The notes under the pieces: model-generated
What the model was told of the DNA's origin: nothing
Seen by the model: only the letters and a program-made list of their open reading frames with translations
The model's database searches: none
Origin: an uncultured Alphaproteobacteria bacterium
Lineage (GTDB): Bacteria > Pseudomonadota > Alphaproteobacteria > UBA3830 > JAIRWN01
DNA length: 64,000 bases
NCBI GenBank assembly: GCA_964369315.1
Contig: CAYJEJ010000001.1
Span: forward strand, 4,091-68,090
Reading direction: 5' to 3'
In this document: positions 1-9,263 of the stretch, piece by piece
How positions within the stretch are numbered: the first letter of the stretch is position 1
How the letters are laid out: each line of letters starts with the position of its first letter
Program-made: the position numbers and the translations under genes

Positions 1-386
1 GAGACAATTAAATCTGGTCGTCCAGAAATGCTTTTCATGATTTCTGTGATAATTTCTTCATCGTTAAAGTCGCCTAAAATAAATTTTACACCATTTAAAA
101 CAGGCATTTCTAACAGATCTACAGCAACCACTTTTGCCCCGCCGCTTAAATTAGCTCGCGTCGAGATGACCTGACTCCACCCCCCTGGGGCTGCCCCTAG
201 GTCTATAATTTTGGAAGATTTTTTTATTAATCGGAATTTATCGTCAATTTCAGCCAACTTAAAAGCTGCCCTAGAACGAAAACCTTGTTTTTTTGCCTCT
301 AAAACGAATGGGTCGTTCAATTGCCGTTCAACCCATCTTCTGGATGAATTGCTTTTAAAGTTTTCTTTATGAACTTTTATTTTCAT
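1..386 (-). CDS. rlmE: 23S rRNA 2'-O-ribose methyltransferase RlmE/FtsJ, N-terminal part (runs off the window edge)
   Basis: Not in the ORF track because it is edge-truncated. Reverse translation from the ATG at 386 gives MKIKVHKENFKSNSSRRWVERQLNDPFVLEAKKQGFRSRAAFKL...IIDLGAAPGGWSQV. This is the RlmE N-terminus with the DLGAAPGGW SAM-binding motif. Confidence 0.85.
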   Translation of the reverse strand, partial: MKIKVHKENFKSNSSRRWVERQLNDPFVLEAKKQGFRSRAAFKLAEIDDKFRLIKKSSKIIDLGAAPGGWSQVISTRANLSGGAKVVAVDLLEMPVLNGVKFILGDFNDEEIITEIMKSISGRPDLIV

Positions 387-849
387 GTGTTTGTGTTCTT
401 TTTTTCAAAGCCTCAGGTGATTCTATCTCAATTTCCAGATAATTTTGTCCTTTTTTTATTGCCTCCAGCACCAAAGAGATATATGGCACAGTTTCTTGAG
501 GCAAAGCGTCATAAGGGAAAAAGCGTAAGTCATCGCACTTATCTGGCTCATTGTTGTTCACCTGACCTGAATATTTAGTTGCGACAAAATAGAGCCCAAT
601 ATAACTATCCCCGCCGGAGCTACAAGTCATCTTTAGCTCAAGGTCATCACCCAGAATATCAACATTTGCCTCTTCTTTTGCCTCACGAATAATGGTTTGT
701 TTGCAAAACTCACCTTTTTCCCAATGACCTGCTGGCAAGCTATAAAAACCGTCATAAAAACCAGAGCCTTTTCTTTTGTGTAGGAGCACTTGCCCATCTT
801 GTTCCAAAACCAAGTATACAGCACACTTGAGCGTTGACCGTTCTTTCAT
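367..849 (-). CDS. NUDIX hydrolase
   Basis: 160-aa ORF with an intact Nudix box, GHWEKGEFCKQTIIREAKEEANV (GX5EX7REUXEEXGU). Confidence 0.8.
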   Translation of the reverse strand: MKERSTLKCAVYLVLEQDGQVLLHKRKGSGFYDGFYSLPAGHWEKGEFCKQTIIREAKEEANVDILGDDLELKMTCSSGGDSYIGLYFVATKYSGQVNNNEPDKCDDLRFFPYDALPQETVPYISLVLEAIKKGQNYLEIEIESPEALKKRTQTHENKSS

Positions 850-935
850 ATTTTTAACTCCAATATTAATGTTTTAGCTATTTTTAAATAAAACATGTTG
901 ACCATTTTCTTATATCAGCTAATATTCCAGTGTTT

Positions 936-1022
936 GCCCCTGTGGTGGAATTGGTAGACGCGATAGACTCAAAATCTATTATCCGCACGGATGTGGGAGT
1001 TCGAGTCTCCCCGGGGGCACCA
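936..1022 (+). tRNA. tRNA-Leu (anticodon CAA)
   Basis: Acceptor stem GCCCCTG/CGGGGGC. Anticodon stem ATAGA/TCTAT with loop CTCAAAA. Long variable arm, T-loop GTTCGAGTC, and encoded CCA. Confidence 0.93.
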
Positions 1023-1115
1023 TATCTTTCAAATTTTTTCATATATTCCGCGTTCTCAAGTGTGTAAAATATATCGCCTTGAACACTCCTATCACCACAA
1101 CGCACTCTCGTTTGT

Positions 1116-2369
1116 TTAAATCGTATCGAATATCTGTTGTGCTTTGTCTTGGTCAACTCTTCCGACCAGAGCCAATGTTTTTTTAGAGTTTAAGATTCTA
1201 TTCGCCACATCCTGTACAGAAGCAATATTGACATTATTAATTCTTTCAATCAGCTCTTGATTGGTGATTAGTCGGTCAAAAATCATAATTTGATTGGCAT
1301 TTCGCTCGCACATAGACGCGGTGCCTTCAAGCGACATTAACAGCCCCATTTTAAACTGTGCCAACGCACGTTCAAATTCTTTTTGTTCAATATTTTTGGA
1401 TATATCCGACAATTGCTCGATAGAAATATCAATCACATCTTTAATATGATTTGGTGATGTCCCCGCATAAATACACATAGTCCCGCTGTCGTCATAACAG
1501 CTATTAAAAGAATAAACAGAATAGACTAGACCACGTTTCTCCCTGACTTCCTGAAACAATCTTGATGACATCCCCCCACCAAGAATAGCACAACAAACCG
1601 CAGCGTTATAATAATCCTCAGACCTCAAATTAACGCCCTCAAACCCCAAAGTTACTTGGGCTTGTTCCAACTGGTCTCGCCTATCGACAAATAGTCCTCC
1701 CTGATATTTCGCAGGTTCTGGCTGGATATTATGTCCTTCGGATTTGTGTTTTCCAAAATATTGCCTCGCCAAGTCAACAATTTGCTGATGGTCGACATTA
1801 CCTGCGGCAGAAAAAACCATGTTTTCTGGCACGTAAAACATGTCCATATATGCTCGCAGCTCTGAGGACTTGATTGTATTAATAATATCACTCGTGCCAA
1901 GAATTGACCGTCCCATGGGCTGACCATGAAAAGCGGTCGACTGAAAGTGTTCAAAGACAACCTCATCAGGTGCGTCAACAGTTTGACCAATTTCTTGCAA
2001 GATTACGCCCCGCTCCCGCTCCAACTCATGCTCTGGAAATGCAGGGTTTAGCAATATATCTGATAAAATATCAACCGCTAGCTCCACATCACTGCCCAAA
2101 ACACGTGCGTGATACGCTGTTGCCTCGCGAGACGTATAGGCATTTAAGTCACCCCCGACAGATTCAATCGCCTCGGCTATATCTAGTGCCGTTCTACGTC
2201 TGCTACCTTTAAAAGCCATGTGCTCTAAAAAATGTGAGATGCCGTTGTTTTCTTGGTTTTCATACCTAGCACCCACTTCGTGCCAAACGCCCAGTGTAAC
2301 CGTCTCTAGCTGAGGCATGTGGTGGGTGACAACTCTAATACCGTTTTCTAAGGTCGTTAATTCGCTCAC
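1116..2369 (-). CDS. M16 (pitrilysin-family) zinc peptidase
   Basis: 417 aa. Inverted zinc-binding motif HFLEHMAFKG (HxxEH) near the N-terminus, with typical M16 length and layout. Confidence 0.88.
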   Translation of the reverse strand: MSELTTLENGIRVVTHHMPQLETVTLGVWHEVGARYENQENNGISHFLEHMAFKGSRRRTALDIAEAIESVGGDLNAYTSREATAYHARVLGSDVELAVDILSDILLNPAFPEHELERERGVILQEIGQTVDAPDEVVFEHFQSTAFHGQPMGRSILGTSDIINTIKSSELRAYMDMFYVPENMVFSAAGNVDHQQIVDLARQYFGKHKSEGHNIQPEPAKYQGGLFVDRRDQLEQAQVTLGFEGVNLRSEDYYNAAVCCAILGGGMSSRLFQEVREKRGLVYSVYSFNSCYDDSGTMCIYAGTSPNHIKDVIDISIEQLSDISKNIEQKEFERALAQFKMGLLMSLEGTASMCERNANQIMIFDRLITNQELIERINNVNIASVQDVANRILNSKKTLALVGRVDQDKAQQIFDTI

Positions 2370-2377
2370 ATTTTCAC

Positions 2378-3403
2378 CTAATTCTCATTATTAGCAGAAA
2401 AGACACTGTGCTTTTTTGTTTTATTTATCACATCATCGACACAAACCTTGATTGCAAACTTTATAGCGTTAGCAAAGCCAATATAATCTGTCCCCCCATG
2501 GCTCTTGACAGCAGGGAAGTTCAGCCCCATTAAAAGTGCCCCATTAAATGCTCGTGGGTCAAAGCAAGATAAGGCTTTTTTCAGTCTTTTTTTGAGCAAA
2601 AAGCCCGCAACCTTCATCAAAAATCCGCCCTCTAAGAACGCCGATTTAAAATGTTTGATTAACAATTTCGCCGCTCCCTCAGCTGACTTTAGGGCTATAT
2701 TCCCTGAAAAACCATCTGTGACGATTACGTCAGCTTCCCCCATCCAGATTCCATCGCCTTCAATAAACCCGACATAGTTTTTGACAATCCCGTCGCTTAA
2801 TAGTTTTGATGTTTCTTGAATGACTTTATTGCCCTTGGTTGCTTCCGAACCGATGTTTAATAAGGCAACCTTTGGAGCATTTGATGATGTGTAAGAACTC
2901 GCCAAGCTCTCACCCATAATAGCGAATTGGACAAGCCGCTCACTCGAGCAATCTGTATTAGCCCCAAGGTCCAAGGCTATGCAGGAGCCATTCACCGTTG
3001 GTAGCTGGGTGGCAATCGCCGGTCTTTTAATCCCATTGAGGGTGTCAAGGATTAATGTCGCCAACGCAACATAAACTCCTGTATTCCCCGCTGATACGAC
3101 AACATCAGCCTGACCGTCTCGCACTGCTTCAATCGCCTTACCCAGACTGCTGTCACGCCCTTTCCTCAACATAACAGATGGCTTATCATCGGCAGATATG
3201 CTCGTTTTGACATCCCTGACCTCAGGCAAAGGAAGACCAGCAAAATATTTCTCAACCAAAGGGTCTAGAACGTCCCTGTCGCCAAACAACAAAAATTTCG
3301 CACGAACAGAAGCTGTGAGCGATGCAACAGCTCGCACAACCATTTCAGAGCCGCCATCTCCACCCATTGCATCAATCGAGACGACTACATCATCACTTAT
3401 CAA
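2378..3403 (-). CDS. plsX: phosphate acyltransferase PlsX
   Basis: 341 aa. PlsX-like N-terminus IDAMGGD and KSHGG motif. Sits next to rpmF, the conserved rpmF-plsX arrangement. Confidence 0.9.
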   Translation of the reverse strand: MISDDVVVSIDAMGGDGGSEMVVRAVASLTASVRAKFLLFGDRDVLDPLVEKYFAGLPLPEVRDVKTSISADDKPSVMLRKGRDSSLGKAIEAVRDGQADVVVSAGNTGVYVALATLILDTLNGIKRPAIATQLPTVNGSCIALDLGANTDCSSERLVQFAIMGESLASSYTSSNAPKVALLNIGSEATKGNKVIQETSKLLSDGIVKNYVGFIEGDGIWMGEADVIVTDGFSGNIALKSAEGAAKLLIKHFKSAFLEGGFLMKVAGFLLKKRLKKALSCFDPRAFNGALLMGLNFPAVKSHGGTDYIGFANAIKFAIKVCVDDVINKTKKHSVFSANNEN

Positions 3404-3428
3404 AGTAATACTTCTCTAAAATAATTGT

Positions 3429-3632
3429 TTATGCATTATCCACAACGGACTCGGCAACAGGCTTTGTAAACACTTGTCGATTATTATAAAAACCGCAACT
3501 TTTACAAATATGGTGTGGTAGACGATTGTTACCACAATTAGCACACTTTACATAGTTCACTGCTTTTAAAGCGTGATGAGAACGCCTCATATCACGACGA
3601 GACTTCGATACTTTTTTCTTTGGAACAGCCAT
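3429..3632 (-). CDS. rpmF: 50S ribosomal protein L32
   Basis: 67 aa starting [23 protein letters not shown], with a CxxC...CxxC zinc ribbon. Confidence 0.93.
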   Translation of the reverse strand: MAVPKKKVSKSRRDMRRSHHALKAVNYVKCANCGNNRLPHHICKSCGFYNNRQVFTKPVAESVVDNA

Positions 3633-3741
3633 TTTACAATCCTAGGGTCACTATTATAATCTTGATAGTTTTAAACTAATTTATTCAAAAGCACAAGCAC
3701 TAACAACAAAAGCTCTGTTAAAGTATCAACTCACGCTACCT

Positions 3742-4515
3742 TCAGCTTATTTCTAAAATTAAGCCGTCATATGCGGGCACAATATTTTTTGGTAATCTCT
3801 TAATCAGGCTATCGTAATCCATTTTAACGCCCATATGCGTTAATATCACCTGCTTTGGTTGAATGATTTCAGTCCATTTTAACACCTGCTCAAGCCCTGC
3901 GTGAGTAAAATGTTGGTCTGGTCTTAAACTTTCAACGACCCAAACTTCAACTCCTTTTAAAGATTGTATGTTTTCTTCTGACAAGTCCTGAAAATCAACC
4001 GTATAAGCAAAATTGCCAATCTTAATCGCAGATGTTTTACAGAGCCCATGGTCTAGCTCAAAGGTTTGAAGGGCTATATCGCCAATGGATAAGCTCCCTT
4101 GAACAATCTCATTTGCCACTAAACATGGAGGGTACATAGAATAATCAGCACTGTTATTGTCAAATAAATAATCAAAATTTTTTGTAATATCAGCCATTGT
4201 TTCGCAACTGCCATATACTGGAATAGTTGCACCGCTGAGACCAAAAATACAACGCAATTCGTTGATGCCGTGTGTGTGGTCTGCGTGCATGTGGGTATAG
4301 AACACGGCGTCTATTTTATTTACGCCTGCATTGATTAATTGCGTCCTTAAGTCTGGCGAAGTGTCCACCAATAAATTAGTTTGCTCTGTTTGAATCAATA
4401 TTGATGAGCGAGTGCGATAATTTTTTGGGTTGGTCTTGTCGCAATCACCCCAACCTATCGTCAAGTCTGGCACACCTGTAGAAGACCCACATCCAAGGAT
4501 TGTTACTTTAAGCAT
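3742..4515 (-). CDS. MBL-fold metallo-hydrolase (PhnP/GPMB-like)
   Basis: 257 aa with the HxHxDH motif (HMHADHTHG) and ILGCGSSTGVP N-terminus. Confidence 0.8.
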   Translation of the reverse strand: MLKVTILGCGSSTGVPDLTIGWGDCDKTNPKNYRTRSSILIQTEQTNLLVDTSPDLRTQLINAGVNKIDAVFYTHMHADHTHGINELRCIFGLSGATIPVYGSCETMADITKNFDYLFDNNSADYSMYPPCLVANEIVQGSLSIGDIALQTFELDHGLCKTSAIKIGNFAYTVDFQDLSEENIQSLKGVEVWVVESLRPDQHFTHAGLEQVLKWTEIIQPKQVILTHMGVKMDYDSLIKRLPKNIVPAYDGLILEIS

Positions 4516-5299
4516 ATTCTACTCTTGCTTTTTCAAATAATCTGAAAAAATTATCTGCACAGACCGTTAATAATTTTTCGTATTCTATTCCTTTTATATC
4601 AGCAATAGATTGTGCAACATACTTCACAAACATTGGCTCGTTCACCCTCCCTCGGACGGGCTCAGGTGCGAGGAAAGGGGAATCTGTTTCTATTAACAGT
4701 CGCTCTAACGGAACGATTTTTAATAATTCGCGTAATTGCGTGGCTTTCTTAAATGTAACAATCCCTGAAAAAGACACATACATCCCCAATTCTAAGACCT
4801 TATTAAGTAGCCATTCATCGCCAGAAAAACAGTGAACAACCCCTTTTAAGGGAGCGTTGTTCTTTAACAAATCAAACGTATCTTGAGCCGCATCACGTGT
4901 GTGTATCACAACTGGCAAGCTGGTATGAAGAGCGGCTTGTAATTGGGTTTCAAATATTTGTTGCTGGATTTTGCTGTCTTGTTTTCCATAAAAATAATCC
5001 AGCCCTATCTCACCGACAGCAACAGTTTTTTTATCCTGTGCACAGTTTATAATCCAGTCATATAATTTTGATAAACATCCATCAGACAAATATTTGTTCG
5101 CCTCACTGGGGTGCACACCTGCTGTGTGAAAGATTTGAGGGTATAAATCACTGATTTTTAAAATCTTTTCATACTCATCTTCACCTGTACAGACTGAAAG
5201 CATCATCTCAACCCCGCAATTTTTCGCCCTCTCGAGCAAAGCAGGGAGTTCGGTGTCGCAATTTAATTCACTTAAATGACAATGGCTATCAATTAACAT
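4508..5299 (-). CDS. tatD: TatD-family metal-dependent DNase/hydrolase
   Basis: 263 aa. N-terminal IDSHCHL, plus the VHCFSG and ETDSPFL motifs typical of TatD. Confidence 0.88.
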   Translation of the reverse strand: MLIDSHCHLSELNCDTELPALLERAKNCGVEMMLSVCTGEDEYEKILKISDLYPQIFHTAGVHPSEANKYLSDGCLSKLYDWIINCAQDKKTVAVGEIGLDYFYGKQDSKIQQQIFETQLQAALHTSLPVVIHTRDAAQDTFDLLKNNAPLKGVVHCFSGDEWLLNKVLELGMYVSFSGIVTFKKATQLRELLKIVPLERLLIETDSPFLAPEPVRGRVNEPMFVKYVAQSIADIKGIEYEKLLTVCADNFFRLFEKARVEYA

Positions 5300-5367
5300 C
5301 TCTGGACTAGAAGCAATATTTCGTTTTAATATATCCCAATATTGATTTTAAACAACATTAAACAAGA

Positions 5368-6117
5368 GTGAACATTATGATAGAAGGGTGTGTGCCCTTA
5401 TTCTTCAGCACTGACATAATCTCTATGCTCGAGCTGTCTATGTGCGGCGTTGCGATGATATTGATGCTAAGATATTTTGGGCTATCGGGGCTATATGTTT
5501 ATTTGGTCATCACTTCCGTTACCGCCAATATCCAGTCGCTAAAAATTATAAATTATTCTTTTATTCAAACGCCCATGGTACTTGGCACCATAGTATTTTC
5601 AACAAATTATATCGTGGGCAACTTAATGGCGGAGTACTACAGCGAGCAAGAGGCCAAACGGGGCATTTTAATCAGTTTCGCGGGTTATATATTTTTTGCA
5701 TTAATTATGTTTTTAACAATCAAATATCCGACCTGTTACACCGCCCCTGCTGGAACGGTCAACCTACATGAGCCTTTGAGACAAGTCTTCACCCCCACGC
5801 CATATTTATTGATTGCGAGCATATTGGCTTTTATCATTGGTCAATACACAAATGTTACAATATATAGTGCCATAAAACGTATCACGCCCCAGAGCATGAT
5901 ATGGCTGAGGTCACTCCTGTCTTTGGCAACTTCAACGTTTGTAGATGTGATAGTATATTCAGTATTGGCTTGGAAGGTTTTTTATGCCCTCCCAATTGGC
6001 TGGAAGACTTTGCTTTCAACATATGTTATAGGTAACTATGTCTTTGTTTTGATAATCTCTTTGTGTAGTTCACCGATTGTATACTTAGCCAAGAGGTTTG
6101 TCCCGAAGGATAGATAA
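5368..6117 (+). CDS. yhhQ: queuosine-precursor transporter (YhhQ/VUT family)
   Basis: 249-aa polytopic membrane protein of YhhQ-like length and hydrophobicity pattern. Lies immediately upstream of tgt and overlaps it. The true start may be an internal Met. Confidence 0.65.
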   Translation: MNIMIEGCVPLFFSTDIISMLELSMCGVAMILMLRYFGLSGLYVYLVITSVTANIQSLKIINYSFIQTPMVLGTIVFSTNYIVGNLMAEYYSEQEAKRGILISFAGYIFFALIMFLTIKYPTCYTAPAGTVNLHEPLRQVFTPTPYLLIASILAFIIGQYTNVTIYSAIKRITPQSMIWLRSLLSLATSTFVDVIVYSVLAWKVFYALPIGWKTLLSTYVIGNYVFVLIISLCSSPIVYLAKRFVPKDR

Positions 6118-6136
6118 AAGGACAGATAAATATATT

Positions 6137-7336
6137 ATGGAAAATTTATATCCAAAATTTTCGTTTTCTATCACCCATCAAGACGGTGGTAGTCGCGTTG
6201 GCATAATAAAATGCCCTCACGGAGAAATCGAAACCCCAGCTTTTATTTTTTGCGGGACAAAAGCTTCCGTAAAAGGTGTGTTTCCTCAGCAACTGCACGA
6301 ATGCGGCACACAAATCATCCTGTCTAATACTTACCACCTCATGTTGCAACCCACAGCAGACATCATTCAAGCAAATGGCGGTTTACACAAGTTTATGGGG
6401 TGGAACAAACCAATTTTAACGGACTCAGGTGGTTTCCAAATTTTCAGCCTTGGACACGGCTCAGTTGCCGATGAAATCAAAGGGCGACGCTCTAATGCCC
6501 GTCCATCCTCCTTGGTTTCGATAACAGAACATGGGGCAACTTTTAAATCCTATATTGATGGAAGCGTTCAACACCTAACGCCTGAAAAATCAATTGAAGT
6601 TCAAAGAAAACTTGGGGTTGACTTTATGGTCTCACTGGATGAATGCACCCCATACCATAGCGATTATGAATACACAAAACAGTCCATGCTCCGCAGTCAT
6701 CGATGGGAACAACGCTCCCTGAATGACTTTATTAAACATAGCAACGAAACACAGTCAATATACGGCATTGTTCAAGGCGGCGTTTACAAAGAATTAAGGA
6801 ATCAGAGTGTAGAGTTTGTCAATAGCCAACCATTTTTCGCAAATGCTGTCGGCGGAACATTGGGCGGGACAAAAGAACAAATGTATGAAATTGTTGGGTT
6901 AACGATGGAAAACCTAAATAAAAACAGACCTACCCACCTCTTGGGGATTGGGGGATTAGGTGATATTTTGGAAAATGTCTCTCATGGCATTGATACCTTC
7001 GATTGCGTCCACCCAACAAGAATAGCCCGTCATGGAGCTGCTTTAACCGTGCCGTCACAAGTCAGGAACGGTCAAAGAGAGCATATTAACTTAAAAAATT
7101 CGATTTATAAAATAGACGACACCCCAATACAAATAGGTTGCCGTTGTCATGCATGTTTAAACTTTTCTAAAGGATACCTGCATCATTTATTAAAAGCGAA
7201 CGAGCTCCTAGCTTTTCAAGCAATTAGTGTTCACAACATCGCTTTTATGAATAATTTCATGACTATGGTTCGCTCTGCGATAAAAACAAATACGCTCGAA
7301 AAATTTAAAAACGATTGGAAAAATGGCAATATATAA
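6137..7336 (+). CDS. tgt: tRNA-guanine transglycosylase (queuine tRNA-ribosyltransferase)
   Basis: The ORF is open from 6098. The likely start is MENLYPKFSF at 6137. Motifs: TPAFIF, LTDSGGFQ, LDEC, GIDTFDCVHPTR, and zinc site CRCHAC...H. Confidence 0.92.
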   Translation: MENLYPKFSFSITHQDGGSRVGIIKCPHGEIETPAFIFCGTKASVKGVFPQQLHECGTQIILSNTYHLMLQPTADIIQANGGLHKFMGWNKPILTDSGGFQIFSLGHGSVADEIKGRRSNARPSSLVSITEHGATFKSYIDGSVQHLTPEKSIEVQRKLGVDFMVSLDECTPYHSDYEYTKQSMLRSHRWEQRSLNDFIKHSNETQSIYGIVQGGVYKELRNQSVEFVNSQPFFANAVGGTLGGTKEQMYEIVGLTMENLNKNRPTHLLGIGGLGDILENVSHGIDTFDCVHPTRIARHGAALTVPSQVRNGQREHINLKNSIYKIDDTPIQIGCRCHACLNFSKGYLHHLLKANELLAFQAISVHNIAFMNNFMTMVRSAIKTNTLEKFKNDWKNGNI

Positions 7337-9263
7337 AAAATTTCAGTCCACTTTAATTATCATAAGCATATTTTTTGCTGTATTCGTTTTTAATACTTAT
7401 GCGGAGCAAAAGAAATCATCGAAAATATCTTATTCCGTGCATATAAAAAAAACCAAGGACTATAAGCGTTTGCCTACCGAATTTTGGGAGGCTTTTGAAC
7501 GCGATGCAAGGCTTTTTAAATATGCCAAAAGTCAGGTCAGAAGCAAAAAACACCTAAAAGATAGGATAAAACAAGACATCTATATGCTCAAATTAAGGGT
7601 TCAGGCATATGGTTTTTTTGAACCAAATATTGACTATGTAATTTTTGAAAATGCCAAAGGTATCGAGGTTTTAATAGTGCCAAATTTTGGCGAAAAATTT
7701 ATAATAAAAAATATAAAAATATCCAGCAGAACGCAACCACTGAAAACTGTGTTAGATAGTTTAAAACCGATAATCGGTAAATCTGCGTCTTACACAACAG
7801 TGCAGGCAGCGGCATATCTTCTTGAAAGAAATTATCAAAAAAACGGCTACCCTAATGCTCGCGTGACAAAAAAAGTAGAATCAATCAACCGAGAAACCAA
7901 AACTGTAACGTTATATTTTGAATTAGAAACTGGTCATTTTAAGGTCTTTGGGCAAAATGCTCTGGGTATGAAAAATTCGCTCAAACAGAAATTTATTGAT
8001 AACAGAATAACTTGGAAAGAAGGACAGCCCTATGATGTCAGCAAGGTTGAACAAACTAGTCATAATTTTTTAAATACTAAAATTTTCTCATATGTAGATA
8101 TCCAGTGCGACACCGAATCAAGTCCAAATTCTGTTCCTGTGAATATAAATTTGGTCAACGATAAACAAAGGATGGTCGAGTTTGGAGCGGGTCTTTCTTC
8201 ATCGTCCATTCAGAGAAGAAACAAACAGGGCTTTAGGTTTAATAACCTAGATAACAGTTTAAAAGCAGCCGTAGTGAAAGGGTCATGGACACATTTTAAT
8301 ATGTTTGAGGGAGGCGAAAAACTGGCAGTTGACGCAAAAATCACTCCAACTGCGTTGCTAGAAAACGAAAAAGAAAAGCACTTGGAATCTGTCTTAACTG
8401 TCGAAATGACCCAGCCAGATGTTTTAAAAACAGATAACTCTGCTGTCTATCGATTAAAAGTGGCTAAAGAGCCGACCTATGTCTACACAAAAAATAGCGT
8501 TGGCGTTGAAACCTTGTATGATGTGGCTATTGAAAGCTCTGCGAATATTCAAACCGGCTTAGCATTAGAATTGGCGAATGTAAAAGATATTAATACAATT
8601 ACAGACAATCAAATGGTACAATCAGTCGGCTATATTACTACTGGAATTCCTGTGTATTTTTTGTATAACTCATATGACAACCCGCTCAATCCAACATCTG
8701 GCTTCAACATTAAGGTTTTGGAATTGCCCCAATATGCTAGCTTAAAATATAAGTTCAATAACTCAAAAAAATCTAGTTTCATCAACTACTTAGAATGTCG
8801 ATGTGCCATCACTCAAAAAATTGATGATGACGCACGATTAGTCCCTGCAGGATGGGCGAGCTTCAGGCAGGTTTCAGGTCTTGATTTTGCAATGTTACCA
8901 TTGGACAAGCGTTTATATGCCGGTGGCGTCAATTCTGTGCGTGCCTATGCAGAACAGCTTGCAGGTCCGATGATAGGGTCAACCGACGAACCCACAGGGG
9001 GACGCTGTGCCCTAGAATTTGGCGGGGAGCTCAGAATCAATATCACAAAAAAGCTTGGGGTGGCTCCTTTTTGGGAAGCGGCAAAAGTGTCTAGTAAACT
9101 TTGTCCGTCAACATCAGACACCTTATACAGTGGTTGGGGGGTTGGTTTTAGGTATAATACACCAATCGGACCAATACGTGCAGATTTCGCATTTCCATGT
9201 AGAAAAAGAAAAAACATAGACCCTTCTATGCAATTTATATTAAGTTTGGGGCAAGCATTTTAA
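7323..9263 (+). CDS. tamA: BamA/TamA-family outer-membrane protein (POTRA + surface-antigen beta-barrel)
   Basis: 646 aa. Signal peptide, POTRA-like N-terminal half, and a C-terminal barrel ending ...FILSLGQAF (terminal aromatic). Followed directly by a TamB-like gene. Confidence 0.8.
   Translation: MAIYKKFQSTLIIISIFFAVFVFNTYAEQKKSSKISYSVHIKKTKDYKRLPTEFWEAFERDARLFKYAKSQVRSKKHLKDRIKQDIYMLKLRVQAYGFFEPNIDYVIFENAKGIEVLIVPNFGEKFIIKNIKISSRTQPLKTVLDSLKPIIGKSASYTTVQAAAYLLERNYQKNGYPNARVTKKVESINRETKTVTLYFELETGHFKVFGQNALGMKNSLKQKFIDNRITWKEGQPYDVSKVEQTSHNFLNTKIFSYVDIQCDTESSPNSVPVNINLVNDKQRMVEFGAGLSSSSIQRRNKQGFRFNNLDNSLKAAVVKGSWTHFNMFEGGEKLAVDAKITPTALLENEKEKHLESVLTVEMTQPDVLKTDNSAVYRLKVAKEPTYVYTKNSVGVETLYDVAIESSANIQTGLALELANVKDINTITDNQMVQSVGYITTGIPVYFLYNSYDNPLNPTSGFNIKVLELPQYASLKYKFNNSKKSSFINYLECRCAITQKIDDDARLVPAGWASFRQVSGLDFAMLPLDKRLYAGGVNSVRAYAEQLAGPMIGSTDEPTGGRCALEFGGELRINITKKLGVAPFWEAAKVSSKLCPSTSDTLYSGWGVGFRYNTPIGPIRADFAFPCRKRKNIDPSMQFILSLGQAF

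Noticed and set aside
884-1156. 90-aa minus-strand ORF in the track
   Set aside because: It lies directly across tRNA-Leu(CAA) at 936-1022 and overlaps the end of the M16 peptidase gene. It has no motif and is a by-product of the tRNA sequence.
5300-5367. Looked for a preQ1 riboswitch upstream of yhhQ
   Set aside because: The 68-bp spacer lacks the conserved preQ1-I/II core elements and is too short and AT-rich to form the pseudoknot.
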